Assembly: GCA_000092065.1 (NCBI GenBank)
Contig: CP000581.1
DNA: 64,000 nt
Direction: 5' to 3' (one strand)
From: Ostreococcus lucimarinus
Lineage: Eukaryota
Shown in pieces: positions 1 through 9,974 of this stretch. Both the position numbers and the translations under genes were made by a program. Position 1 is the stretch's first letter; each line of letters begins with the position of its first letter. Under the pieces are notes generated by a model, which did no database searches, had not been told where the DNA came from, and saw only the letters and a program-made list of their open reading frames with translations.

Positions 1-57
1 GACAGACGCCGGAGTCCCGTCCCGGTCGCCACCTCACTTCGCCGCGGCCGAGCAACG

Positions 58-1131
58 ATGTCGTCCGATCCCGCGTGCTCGGTCGCTCGCATCGAGCTCG
101 AACCTAAATGGCTCACTTTACAGCGCGACCACAACGAGCGCGTCGAGCGCGAGCGCGCAGCCGCGCGCGCCGATGTTTCGACAACCAACTTTGAGAGAAG
201 CCACTACGCGGCGTTTTTCGACGCGCTCGCGTTCGAAGTCGCGCCGGAAGACGAGTGGACGGCGCGCGAGCGCATACTCGAAGCCTTTCGCGACGCGCAC
301 GTCGACGGCAACGTCGAGCGCGACGCGTTCATGAGCGAACTCGGCGAACACTTGGTGTCGAAATTCGGGACAAAGGCGCTGCGACGCCGCAAGGACAACC
401 TCAACATAACGAGCGCGCGAGTCCCGAGCGAAAAGGTGAATCTTAGGGTGAATAAAAAGCTAGCCAAGGCGAAACGGATGAAGGGGCGACAGCTCGATCC
501 CAACAGAAGTCGGAAAATTGTCGCCTCAAAGGCGGAAGACGCGATATCGTCGAGATATATGACGGAGTTTTTGCAGCTGCACTGCGCGACGGAGTTGGTT
601 GAGAGCCGAGTGTTCCCGGACGCAAAGGAGTTGACGGAGAGTTTCTCGGCGTTCAACGCGTGGCGTACGCATCTGAGCGATGATTTTAGTGCAGATGATC
701 CCAACATCACGCTCGTGTCCGTGGGAGATGGTCACACGCCGCGAACCGCAGCCTTGTTTGCGTTTCGTACGCGCTGGAATTGCGTCGCGGTGGATCCGGA
801 GATGGGCTTCGCGAAGGACTCCAAAGCGTCGTACGACATCGATCGTTTGCAGCATCACTGCGCAAAAATCGAAGAGATGCGCATCAAAACTAAACGGTGT
901 ATCATCGTCATGGTGCACGCGCACGTGTCTTTAGCGACGACATTGCGTTCAATCCAGGCTGAAGACGGCACCGCCGCGTGCATCGCGTTGCCCTGTTGCA
1001 ACTACTATTCCGCAATAGACGCCCCGAATCGAGCGGTGCCAGAGTATGAGGACATGTCCGTCATCTCCCCACATCGCACCGTGCGAGTCTGGAAAGCGCT
1101 TCCGTGCGGTACAAGCGAGTCGCCCCAATAG
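58..1131 (+). CDS. hypothetical protein with a possible SAM-methyltransferase-like Rossmann fold
   Basis: The 357-aa ORF has coding-like composition. It carries 'VSVGDGHTP', 'CVAVDPEM' and 'IIVMVHAH' segments that resemble methyltransferase motifs I, II and IV. No family is assigned. Confidence 0.4.
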   Translation: MSSDPACSVARIELEPKWLTLQRDHNERVERERAAARADVSTTNFERSHYAAFFDALAFEVAPEDEWTARERILEAFRDAHVDGNVERDAFMSELGEHLVSKFGTKALRRRKDNLNITSARVPSEKVNLRVNKKLAKAKRMKGRQLDPNRSRKIVASKAEDAISSRYMTEFLQLHCATELVESRVFPDAKELTESFSAFNAWRTHLSDDFSADDPNITLVSVGDGHTPRTAALFAFRTRWNCVAVDPEMGFAKDSKASYDIDRLQHHCAKIEEMRIKTKRCIIVMVHAHVSLATTLRSIQAEDGTAACIALPCCNYYSAIDAPNRAVPEYEDMSVISPHRTVRVWKALPCGTSESPQ

Positions 1132-1245
1132 GAGTAGGTGTAGCCTAGCTGTAGCTGTAGCTCCGTCGCCGACAAATGTCCGACCGATCGACAGAGACCG
1201 ACGCGCGTCCGCAGCCGACACTGCGCGCGCCCACGCGACGCGAGA

Positions 1246-2799
1246 ATGAGTGACAAAGACGCGCAAAGCATCTCTCGCGGCGAGCGCTCGAATTTGCTCG
1301 CGCGCAACGCCGCGAACGGCGTCGTTGAGGGTGTTGCGAGCATTGGGTGTTGCGAGCGCAACGCCGCGAACGGCGTCGTTGAGGGTGTTGCGATCCTGGA
1401 CGAAGAGCGCGGTGAGACCGACGTGAGCGAGCGATCCCGAGCGAGAACGTCGACGTCGCGAGGATGTCTCGCGAGTGTTGCGCTGATGGCGTGTGCGGTC
1501 GGCGCGGGGATGGCGGTCGCGTCGCGCGGGGGGGTCGACGACGCGAGGACGAGCGCACGAGCTCGCGGCGGTGGGAAATCGACGCTCGGGATCAGTGGAG
1601 CGACGGGAGTGCGGACGTATATCATAGCAGATACGTCGCCCGGAGACGAGATGGAGAGATCTAGGAAAGGACGCGATTACGTGTTCAACCTGTTCAAAAC
1701 GCACGGTGGTTTGAGCGACGCCGAAGCGCGCAATACTGTGGAAATCTCGAGTGCGACGTTTCCTTCGCTTTGGCCGGATACCTTCGAGACAGCGCGAAGC
1801 GCGACGCACGATGTACTAGCGGGAGCCCTTGCTGCTTCAGAAGCGAACGTTCCAACCAGTGAGTTGCCGTATCCCATCAGACAGGTTCACGAATCGCAGC
1901 TCAATCCACAGCACCGTTGCGTCGGCGAAAAATGCGTATTCCCGCATAACCACCACCTTGGATGTCTTCTATCTCACATGTCTGTGTGGAAGAAAGCTAT
2001 TTCGCGAGGTGAGGATCGGTTTGCCGTGTGGGAGCAAGATGGTATGGGGTTCGCTTCCGTGAGCCCGCTTGACTACACAGAGCTCGGACGCCAGCTTCCT
2101 CGCGACGCAGATATGGTCTGGCTCCTAAACCCTGGAAGAAGCACCGGTCAATTCGTGAAAAAGTTCCGCTCAAGGGCGTTTGGCACGTGGGGGAAAGGTA
2201 CCCGGGGTCTCGTAAAGACAGACTGGTCGCCCGAATCGATGCACACGGCGATGAATTCAACGCACGTTTATTTGTACAAGTGGAACAAAATGTGCTCGTG
2301 GGCAGGAACGGCAGCTCTCATGTTCACCAAGCAAGGCGTCGAGAAACTTCTTCGGTACAGTACCGAACACAGTCTCGACATGATCGATGCTTTCCTCATG
2401 GGCGGATGCATTAAATCGGGAAAGACGAGTCGTCTTTCCTTGAACTGTTATCACGCGTCGAGCGTGCCAACCAAGAAAGAGCTCCTGGGTGGAATCGTGC
2501 CCGATTGGTACACTGACGAAACCGTGGGCGATCGAGCACTTCCTCAAGAGCAGGTTGACGCCATGGATCGGGATGACGCCAAGTTCAACTCGCTTGGTTG
2601 TCAGCGCGGCGGCGACGAGTTCAAGTCAAAATCTGCCTGGATTCCCACGTCCTGGGCTGGAGACGACTCCGTGGATTCGTGCGTTCCCTCCTGGAACGCC
2701 CCGGTGGACGTGTGCGATGCATCCGTGAAGTATCCACTCGATGGACACAAGTACTCACACCTCGGCAGCGCGATGTTGCGTACAAAGCCCGAGCGTTAG
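1246..2799 (+). CDS. glycosyltransferase family 25 (LOS/collagen galactosyltransferase-like), with an N-terminal signal/TM
   Basis: 'LGCLLSHMSVWKKAISRGEDRFAVWEQDGMG' matches the GT25 signature GCxLSHxxxWK...(V)FEDD. A hydrophobic N-terminal segment 'LASVALMACAVGAGMAV' precedes it. An internal 54-bp tandem duplication (1302-1393) sits in the N-terminal region. Confidence 0.65.
   Translation: MSDKDAQSISRGERSNLLARNAANGVVEGVASIGCCERNAANGVVEGVAILDEERGETDVSERSRARTSTSRGCLASVALMACAVGAGMAVASRGGVDDARTSARARGGGKSTLGISGATGVRTYIIADTSPGDEMERSRKGRDYVFNLFKTHGGLSDAEARNTVEISSATFPSLWPDTFETARSATHDVLAGALAASEANVPTSELPYPIRQVHESQLNPQHRCVGEKCVFPHNHHLGCLLSHMSVWKKAISRGEDRFAVWEQDGMGFASVSPLDYTELGRQLPRDADMVWLLNPGRSTGQFVKKFRSRAFGTWGKGTRGLVKTDWSPESMHTAMNSTHVYLYKWNKMCSWAGTAALMFTKQGVEKLLRYSTEHSLDMIDAFLMGGCIKSGKTSRLSLNCYHASSVPTKKELLGGIVPDWYTDETVGDRALPQEQVDAMDRDDAKFNSLGCQRGGDEFKSKSAWIPTSWAGDDSVDSCVPSWNAPVDVCDASVKYPLDGHKYSHLGSAMLRTKPER
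1302..1393. repeat. 54-bp tandem duplication (~1.7 copies) inside the GT25 CDS
   Basis: 'gcgcaacgccgcgaacggcgtcgttgagggtgttgcga' occurs at 1302 and again at 1356. It encodes the duplicated peptide RNAANGVVEGVA. Confidence 0.8.
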
Positions 2800-2904
2800 C
2801 GACGCTTGTAAAGAAACAGCCACACCAACGTGTTCTTCTCGCCAGGACTCTACGACACAGTCGCATTCGCGCGCGCGCGACGCGACGCCGCGTCGTCCGT
2901 CGCG

Positions 2905-3291
2905 ATGGAAGATCTCCAGAAGAACATCGTGAAAATTCAGGACGACCTCGACCTCAAGGTGTTTCGCCCGTTGCAGAAGCGCGCGTTCGACGCTTCGTCC
3001 AAGTGCTGCGACGGGGACAAATCGAGGGAAAGCTTTCAGGCGTGTCTCGAACGCGCGGGACAGGCGACATCGCAGGCGGAGCACGCGGTGATGCAGACGC
3101 TCGGACAGTTTCAGCAACGCGTGCAGCGGTGCGTGGTGCAGTGTCAAGATAAGGCGCAATCTATCGTGGAGGCGAAAGGGGTCGAGAAGGCGCAGGCGCA
3201 GATGGAGAGTTGCGCGAACGACTGCGGCAAGTTCTACGTGAAAGAATTGAATTCAATCGGGGCGAAGTTGATGAAGGAGCACAAACCGTAG
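2905..3291 (+). CDS. FAM136A-like protein (DUF842)
   Basis: The Cys pattern matches FAM136A: 'KCCDGD...FQACLERAG...QRVQRCVVQCQDKA...SCANDCGKFY'. The start is trimmed to the ATG at 2905 (the ORF track starts at 2830). Confidence 0.55.
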   Translation: MEDLQKNIVKIQDDLDLKVFRPLQKRAFDASSKCCDGDKSRESFQACLERAGQATSQAEHAVMQTLGQFQQRVQRCVVQCQDKAQSIVEAKGVEKAQAQMESCANDCGKFYVKELNSIGAKLMKEHKP

Positions 3292-3362
3292 TGCAAAAAA
3301 AAGAAGCTTAATTTACTAGAGTGTTGTTACTAAAGACTAAATCTATAGCGCCATCTGATGCG

Positions 3363-5123
3363 TTACGACGTCTTCTTCGAGCTCTCGCTCGCACGAAAAG
3401 CTTCTCTGCGACGAAGCTGGAAGTGACGCATCTCACGCATGAAGCCTAACATTAGCGGGAAAATCGTCGGCAATATGATTGGCATCACTGATGCGACTTT
3501 GTACTCGAACGGAAAAGACTCGAGACCGCCGAGAGAGAATGGATCGAAGAACGCTCTCTCCGCCGCCGCGTGCGCCGAGCGCGCGCTCGCGCCGGCTTCG
3601 TCGTACCGTGCGTTCTGCGCCAAATCAATCGCTCGTTCGAGTGCTTCAACCGACTCCAGTATTCTTTCAGCGATAGCGTCCGGAACAGCGATGTCCGCTA
3701 TGCTCGAGATGACCTCGTCAAGCGATTTCAAAGTAGAAATCGTCGATTGCGAATCGGCAACCAATCGCGAATGCACAAGCGCATCGACCTCCCACGTCGC
3801 GAAACCGGTGTGCTTAGGCGGTAAAACCTTTGCTCCGAATTTTTGCAGAAATTCGCCCGCGCCTAAATGAATCCTAAGCTGGCGCACGAAAGCGTTCACG
3901 ACGTTTACAACTTCGTCGTTTCGCAGTCTGATTTCGTTTTCGCCGCGAGCCACCGCACATCCTGGAGGATTGACGACCACGAGCCCACCCCAACCTTCGA
4001 CGATAAACGCATTTGTCGCCGTTAATTCATGATTATCATCCAACACATACAGTGGACACTCGGTTTGAGGCGGTACGTACACCACAAAGTGCAACGGTTT
4101 CCCGTCGATGGGCGTGTACGTCACGGACGTGTCGATCGGCCAGTCTGAATCTATGAAGAATGGTGTCTGCTTCGAGTCAACCACGTATCCCCTGTGTTTG
4201 TCCGACCACATCGGTCGCACCCGACTGCGTGCGTGTCGCAACACTTGTGCCTCGATCCGCACCTCTAATACGCGACTCAACGCTTCCGGGAGCGCGCCGA
4301 GAAACGGTTGCTCGACGTCGCGTTGAAAATCCCATGAAAACGCGTACCCAGGCGTCGGCTCCGCGTTCACCAGACTAAACGATGCGAGCAAGATACCGTC
4401 CGATGTCGTGAGAAACGGTGACGCGCTGGGTGTCGTTTCATCGGCAGGTGCGAATAGCGCGCGAAGTCGTTCCTCCAGTTCATCCGCGAGGAGACGCTCG
4501 TCGTCGAATCGCATCCATGCCGCTCGGTGCGTCCCGACGACAAATTTCCCACGCTCTTCATCGTTTTCACCGCGACGATCGCGCACGACGACGAAGTCGT
4601 ACACCGTCGCGTTCTCGTCCGCGAGCGCGCGCGTCCGCGCGTCGACGTCTTCGTCCGACGCCGCCGCGAGCGCGTCCATCCATCCCTCGCCTCGCCTCGG
4701 CGTCGCCGCCTCGATCGTCACCCAACGCGCGACGTCCTCTAATCCTCGCCTTCGCGCCACCTCTCGCACGATGTTTTCTCCTCCCTCCGCGTCGATCCAC
4801 ACTCGCGCTCGCGCCCGTCGCGTCGACGTCGCTCGCGCCGCGCGCGTCGCCGCGTCCTCGTGATCCACCCTCGCCGTCCTCGCTCTCGTCGGCGCCGTCA
4901 CCGCGCGCGCCGCCATCGCGAGCGCGACGCCGAGCGTCGTCAGCGCGTGCGCGAGCATCGCCAACCGTTTCCCGCGCGGCGTCGCGCCTCCCTTTGCGAA
5001 TCTCGCGCGCTCGGCGTCGTCTCTCGGCGCGTGCGCGCGCGCGCGACGCGCCTCCCTCGCCGCGCGCGCGACGACGACGACGACGACGACGACGAGCGCC
5101 GCGCGATCGCTCGACGCCGACAT
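3363..5123 (-). CDS. GPI transamidase subunit PIG-S-like (tentative)
   Basis: The real coding part is the C-terminal 587 aa of the 786-aa ORF. Upstream of the ATG at 5121-5123 the frame is Arg-rich garbage. There is an N-terminal TM 'RLAMLAHALTTLGVALAMAA', a lumenal domain and a C-terminal TM 'ASVMPIILPTIFPLMLGF', which matches PIG-S topology. The family call is from memory only. Confidence 0.45.
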   Translation of the reverse strand: MSASSDRAALVVVVVVVVARAAREARRARAHAPRDDAERARFAKGGATPRGKRLAMLAHALTTLGVALAMAARAVTAPTRARTARVDHEDAATRAARATSTRRARARVWIDAEGGENIVREVARRRGLEDVARWVTIEAATPRRGEGWMDALAAASDEDVDARTRALADENATVYDFVVVRDRRGENDEERGKFVVGTHRAAWMRFDDERLLADELEERLRALFAPADETTPSASPFLTTSDGILLASFSLVNAEPTPGYAFSWDFQRDVEQPFLGALPEALSRVLEVRIEAQVLRHARSRVRPMWSDKHRGYVVDSKQTPFFIDSDWPIDTSVTYTPIDGKPLHFVVYVPPQTECPLYVLDDNHELTATNAFIVEGWGGLVVVNPPGCAVARGENEIRLRNDEVVNVVNAFVRQLRIHLGAGEFLQKFGAKVLPPKHTGFATWEVDALVHSRLVADSQSTISTLKSLDEVISSIADIAVPDAIAERILESVEALERAIDLAQNARYDEAGASARSAHAAAERAFFDPFSLGGLESFPFEYKVASVMPIILPTIFPLMLGFMREMRHFQLRRREAFRASESSKKTS

Positions 5124-5507
5124 CGCGCGCGTCGCGCGCGCGCGCCGCTCTGACGCCGGACGACGCACGTCGACGAGGACGCGAGACGGCGACGCGCGCG
5201 CACGCGAACGATGGACGAGGACGACGCGACGACGCGGGAAGAGGAAGACGAGACGACGAGGCGCGCCGACGAGGCGACGCGCGAGACGCGCTGGGGGGGA
5301 GCGTTCGTGTGCTTCGTGGGGGCGAAACAACGAGGGAGCGCGTCGTCGTCGTCGCGCGGCGGGGCGGCGACGGGAGGACGGTGTCGACGACGGTCGGCGC
5401 TCGTGGCGCTGGAGGAACTCGGGTGCGAGATGAAGCGAGATTTCGGCGCGGCTGGGTTCTTGGCGGCGGCGCGGGAGGCGAACGTGCACGAGTGCGAGGA
5501 CAGCGGG

Positions 5508-6029
5508 ATGCTGGCCGTGTTCGTGGGGGAGTTGGAGAATTTGGAGGAAATGGCGCGAGATTGTGATTTGCCGAGCGACGCGAACCCGGCGCACGTGGTG
5601 ACGCAATTGCGGTCTACGTACGGAACGCACTTTCTGGATGAACTCAAGGGGAGTTGGGCGTTCGCCATGGTGCATCCGCAGCGAGAAGCGGTGTTCGCGG
5701 CGGTCGATCGCGACGGTACGCACACGATTTACCGTGGACGAGGGTGTGAGGGCGGGGTGATCATCATGTACGCCCCGCGAGGGTCGAGTTTTAACCCGCG
5801 ACAGTGCGCCGCGCTAGATGTATTTGAGCTCACAAAGGTGCCCGCGGGGAGCTTCATCAGCGGCAACAAACACATCTCACCGCATCGATACGTGATGACG
5901 AAGAGCGATCAAGATTTGGCCGATACGTGTAATACGTTCGACGACATTCAATACGGTGGCGGCGATGGCACCGGACTGAACGATTTTTCAAAGTTGAAGG
6001 CGTCTCTCGAAACGCCTTCAGCGGATTGA
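5508..6029 (+). CDS. DUF3700/TSJT1-like protein (asparagine-synthetase N-terminal GATase-2-like)
   Basis: 'MLAVFVGE...' is a typical DUF3700 start. 'LKGSWAFAMVHPQREAVFAAVDRDGTHTIYRG' matches the AsnB-type motif. The ORF-track start at 5211 overlaps the PIG-S 5' end and looks spurious. TGTAA lies 6 nt after the stop. Confidence 0.5.
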   Translation: MLAVFVGELENLEEMARDCDLPSDANPAHVVTQLRSTYGTHFLDELKGSWAFAMVHPQREAVFAAVDRDGTHTIYRGRGCEGGVIIMYAPRGSSFNPRQCAALDVFELTKVPAGSFISGNKHISPHRYVMTKSDQDLADTCNTFDDIQYGGGDGTGLNDFSKLKASLETPSAD

Positions 6030-6107
6030 TTCTTTTGTAATACCGAGCAGCGGCGCTGAGAAACAAACAAACAATCATCTAAATGACAAAAAATAATCTA
6101 CCACGAA

Positions 6108-8195
6108 TTAAAGCTTGGAGACGCCGAAGTTACCGCGGCTCAGCTTTGGTTGCAAGAGCTCGGTGTATCCGGGTGGCGTGTGCTTTCTGTTGAACGGCGC
6201 CGCTTGTACTTCTTCGTACAGTCGGCGGTAGACGTCTCCATCCTTCGCACCGAGCGCGGAGTTTAAGAAATAGTCGTGCAGTCCAAAAGAGTCAACGAGC
6301 GCTGCCGCATCTGGTCGAATTTCAGACAAAAGTTTAAAGATTTCTTGTCGAATCTCGGCCGCTTGTTCGCCGTCGATGTGCCCGTCTTCCAAAAACTCAC
6401 CCATCGTGTCATCCATACCACACAAACCGTGAAGGCAGACGAGGCGATGCAACACGTTTAACGTTTCCGCACTCACTCGAGATCGAGTCTCGTCGTACGC
6501 GAGGACGAAATTATACATGACGACGAACGCGCAATGCGCCTTCGCCGCGCCGATCCACTGTACCATGTGTACTCGCATCGCTTCGTCAGGCGACAAATCG
6601 CCCGTCACCTTGGAGGCTTCCGTGACTAACCGCCACGCCCGATGGGCGTACGCATCGAGGATGGCCTTTTCATCGCGTAAACTTGCGCCGAGAGCAAGCG
6701 CGCTCCGAGAACTTGCACCGTCGAGATAACGGAGCGCGTCCACAGGTGGTTGGCCATTGAGCATTTTTCGGTGCGCCTTTAACAAATACCGAGCGGTTTG
6801 TAAGCAAAGCACGTTGTTGTCACCTTCATACGTCACGTTGGGGGCGTAGGTGGCTAGTGTAGTGCCGAATCCCGCTAGGTTCATGTAGCCGTGACCACCG
6901 CACGTTAGACGACATGCTTCGATGGCATCCTTCGTCGCCCACGAACAGTACGCCTTGAGCCCGCTCGATGTGGCGTGAAGCTCTGGAAGGGCGGAGAAGT
7001 CCTTTTTCTCGCGGGAGTCCCTCTGGAACTCAAAATACATACGGCGCATGTAATCAGACGTGCAGTGAAAGGCAAATGCCTTAGCGAGAATGGGAAACAG
7101 CGTTCGCTGGCTGTGCTGATAATCGATAACTTGGCACTCCATCCCCGTCACCTCGTCGGCGTTCGATTGCCGGCGAACTAAATTGTATCGAATCGCAATA
7201 GTGACGGCTTTCTTCATGTAAAGCGCGGCGTTCATAACGATGTCGGAGCGAATGAAGACCATCGTACCGTACGAAACTTTCGCCACCGGCGCTGGCACGT
7301 ACGTACCGTCGCGTTCAACCTTGGAGTGACCCATCAACATTGCTCGGCGTTGGACGCGAACGTGATCAAATCTCAGAAACCCGTTGTCGACGGCGTTGTA
7401 GCCCATCTTGTTACCGATATCACCTATCGTGCATCCTGGTAACGGCTCATGCGTCTTATTATCGCGAATTTGCACCACGAACGGATGCACGCCATGATCG
7501 ACGCCTTTGGTGAACAATCGAGCCATCACGACGGCGTGTGTGGACGTCTTTCCCAATCCGCCCGGCCACCATTTTGTGCTCGTCAACGTCGGCGAGTGCA
7601 CGACGAACTCCTCGCGCTCTTCATCATAAGTCGCCGTCGTTTCTAGCCCTCTCAAGTAGGTTCCATGTCCGAGCTCCGTCTGCGCGTACGTCCCCACGCA
7701 CTCCAGCTTTACGCACTTTGGAATCCAATACTTTCGCTGTTCCTCGTCCCCTTGCCCTTGAATTGTGGGAATGAACATTCCTAGGTGTAAGTCCAGCCCC
7801 CCGGGTTCGTCGATCAACTCCCGCATGATTCGCGCCACGGCGATGGGTTCTTTCTCATTCATGCTCGCCACCGCGCTCGGCAGCGCCAAGTACATTCGCA
7901 GCGTGCGCTCGTACAGTTCGTCCCGCTCGTCAAAGTACTTGCCTCGCTTACTGAACGCCTCGTTCGTCGTCATCACCGACGCGATTCGCTGACGCAATTT
8001 ATAATTATCCTTCCCTCCCGCGAGCAAGACCTCGAGTTCGCGCGAGTTGAACGACGCCCGCGCGCGCTCGAGTCGCAAATCTTCCTTCGGGTCGCTCGTG
8101 CTCGCCGCGATGACGTCGCTCGATGGTTCGACGAGCGCGCGTGTGTGCGCGTCCACGACGCGGTGGCCGCGACCATCGCGCGAGTCGTCGAGCAT
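6108..8195 (-). CDS. ACX: peroxisomal acyl-CoA oxidase
   Basis: The full ACOX architecture is present (N-terminal, middle and C-terminal acyl-CoA dehydrogenase/oxidase domains, including 'TELGHGTYLRGLET' and 'CGGHGY'). The C-terminal tripeptide is SKL, a PTS1 signal. Confidence 0.85.
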   Translation of the reverse strand: MLDDSRDGRGHRVVDAHTRALVEPSSDVIAASTSDPKEDLRLERARASFNSRELEVLLAGGKDNYKLRQRIASVMTTNEAFSKRGKYFDERDELYERTLRMYLALPSAVASMNEKEPIAVARIMRELIDEPGGLDLHLGMFIPTIQGQGDEEQRKYWIPKCVKLECVGTYAQTELGHGTYLRGLETTATYDEEREEFVVHSPTLTSTKWWPGGLGKTSTHAVVMARLFTKGVDHGVHPFVVQIRDNKTHEPLPGCTIGDIGNKMGYNAVDNGFLRFDHVRVQRRAMLMGHSKVERDGTYVPAPVAKVSYGTMVFIRSDIVMNAALYMKKAVTIAIRYNLVRRQSNADEVTGMECQVIDYQHSQRTLFPILAKAFAFHCTSDYMRRMYFEFQRDSREKKDFSALPELHATSSGLKAYCSWATKDAIEACRLTCGGHGYMNLAGFGTTLATYAPNVTYEGDNNVLCLQTARYLLKAHRKMLNGQPPVDALRYLDGASSRSALALGASLRDEKAILDAYAHRAWRLVTEASKVTGDLSPDEAMRVHMVQWIGAAKAHCAFVVMYNFVLAYDETRSRVSAETLNVLHRLVCLHGLCGMDDTMGEFLEDGHIDGEQAAEIRQEIFKLLSEIRPDAAALVDSFGLHDYFLNSALGAKDGDVYRRLYEEVQAAPFNRKHTPPGYTELLQPKLSRGNFGVSKL

Positions 8196-8336
8196 CGCGC
8201 TCGTCCGCGACGTCGGGTCGGTCGCCGGACGTTCGGCGCGGATCAGTGACGCAAGATGCGCAACAATCCACAGTCATCCACAAGACCTCGTCTGCTCGTC
8301 GCGGGTGCGTTGCATAAAATTACAGCTTTATGTTGA

Positions 8337-9529
8337 CTATTGCGCTTCGCGCTGCTTTCGGCGAGTGTCCAAAACGGCGAGAATGCGGCGCAATGTGATA
8401 CCCTCGCCCGCTCCGTAGCCGTCGACGACGGAGTCCACGCCTGGGAACTCGCCGCCGCGCTGGAGCTGGTTGCGCACCATGACGGAAAAACCACCGGCTG
8501 ACGTGGCTTCGGAACACGTCGCCTGGGATCCACCGATAAAGATGACGTTCTCGGAAGAAAACCCGCGCTGGATGGCGATTTCAGATATCACTTCGGCGGT
8601 GAGCATCGAGCGACGACTCGTGGAGAACATCCCAGCATCGATGATGACGTCCGAGTTGAAGTTTTGGCGCTGCAAATTGCCGCCGATTTCCGGGGCGAGC
8701 AAATCGCCCTTGGTCTTCTTCATCATTCGCGCCGCCTCCGAGCGCGCCTGGGAAGCGATACCTTTGGTGGCGTTGAAACTTTCCGGTGCACCTGTGATGG
8801 AAATCGCCGCCGAGCGAAGTGGACCCAACCCGTGAAGCGCGGCTTCCAACACTCGATCCTCGCTCGTGGACGCCGTCTCGGAGATGATGAGCACTTGTAG
8901 CTTGTCGTTTTCGCGAATACAATCATCCACGAATCGCTCAACCCCGCTTCGAAGCTTGAGCGCGTGCTCGTCAATCATCAACTGGAACTGTTTCTCTTTC
9001 TCGTCGATCAAGTCGCGAAGGAATACGTCCCTCATCCGCGCTTCGTCCTCCCTCGACATCCCCGTCGGCGCGCCCGCGTCGACGACGCCCGCCGCGTCCG
9101 CGAGCGGCACCATATCCCCGAGTCTCTTTATCGCCTTCAAGTACTCGTCGTTATCGATCGCCCTTTTCGCCGTCGCGTTCAACTCGCTCGGGTACCCGTA
9201 AAAGTGAAAGTACCGCTCCAGCATCCCGTACGCGCTCCCGCCGCCGCTTCGCAACAGCGACGCGTACTCCCTGTGGTCCCAGTTCGCGCTCCGCACCCCT
9301 TTCGCCGCGAACGCGCGATTAAACGCGACTCGGTGCCCGTCCCCGTGCACGTCCACGAGCGCGCCGTCGCACTCAATCATCACCAGCGTCGTCTTCCCGT
9401 GCGCGCCGTCCACGACCTCCGTCGACGCGCGCGTCGCGCGCGCGCCCCGTCGACGCGCATTCAAACCACCGCGCCGCGCGAATCGCGTCGCGCGCGCGCC
9501 CGCGCGTCTCGCCGTCGTCATCGGCGTCA

Positions 9530-9536
<7 letters not shown>
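8337..9536 (-). CDS. CbbY-like HAD-superfamily phosphatase with a plastid-type transit peptide
   Basis: 'LVMIECDGALVDVHGDGHRVAFNRAFAAKG...WD...Y..LL..GGG' matches CbbY-like proteins (HAD motif I, DxDG). The N-terminal 'MTMTPMTTARRAGARATRFARRGG' is Ala/Arg/Thr-rich. The ORF-track extension up to 10418 is wrong-frame low-complexity sequence, so the start is placed at M295. Confidence 0.6.

Positions 9537-9537
<1 letters not shown>

Positions 9538-9570
<33 letters not shown>
9538..9570. repeat. (GTC)11 trinucleotide microsatellite
   Basis: This is a perfect gtc repeat on the plus strand. On the minus strand it encodes a poly-Thr run at the N-terminus of the CbbY-like gene. Confidence 0.9.
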
Positions 9571-9574
<4 letters not shown>

Positions 9575-9721
9575 ACGCGGCGCGCGCGACGTCCGCGAAC
9601 GAACGCACGCACCGACGAGTGCGGGCGCGCGTTCGACGTTCGAAATCGAACGCGCGCCGCGTCCGTCCGTCGGTTTTGCGCCACGTGGCGTGTTTTTTCC
9701 ATCCGACGCGCCGCCCGCCAG

Positions 9722-9775
9722 GCGACGACGACGACGACGGATGGACGACGGATGACCGACGACCGACGACCGACG
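9722..9775. repeat. (GACGAC)n / (GACCGAC)n low-complexity repeat in the divergent intergenic region
   Basis: 'cgacgacgacgacgacggatggacgacggatgaccgacgaccgacgaccgacg'. Confidence 0.8.
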
Positions 9776-9974
9776 CTACTCGACCGCGCGACGGGACCGC
9801 GCGAGGACCCGAGCCGAGTCGCGCGCGGTGTCGGTGACCCGGCGCGCGACCCGGCGCGGCGTCGGTGACCGCGGCGTCGGCGCGCGAACGCGCGCGAACG
9901 CGCCTATCCATCGGCGCTCGCCAACGTTCGGGCGCGAGAAAGTTTGAACGCGACGGCGCGCGGAGGCGCGCGGG

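Noticed and set aside
949-1809. 286-aa minus-strand ORF (Arg/Ala/Ser-rich), with similar ORFs at 1005-1625 and 1145-1558
   Set aside because: It is antisense to or overlapping real genes, with low-complexity R/A/S/P composition typical of wrong-frame reading of GC3-rich coding DNA. It has no motifs.
4418-5566. 382-aa plus-strand ORF of Arg/Pro/Ser/Ala repeats
   Set aside because: It is an antisense artefact over the PIG-S-like gene and (acg)n repeat. Its composition is not protein-like.
5124-5723. N-terminal 200 codons of the 786-aa ORF 3363-5723
   Set aside because: This part is Arg-rich garbage ('RRRPAARRRRRAPS'). The real start is placed at the ATG at 5121-5123, which precedes a TM helix.
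8964-9755. 263-aa plus-strand ORF of poly-Arg/His
   Set aside because: It is antisense to the CbbY-like gene and is repeat-derived.
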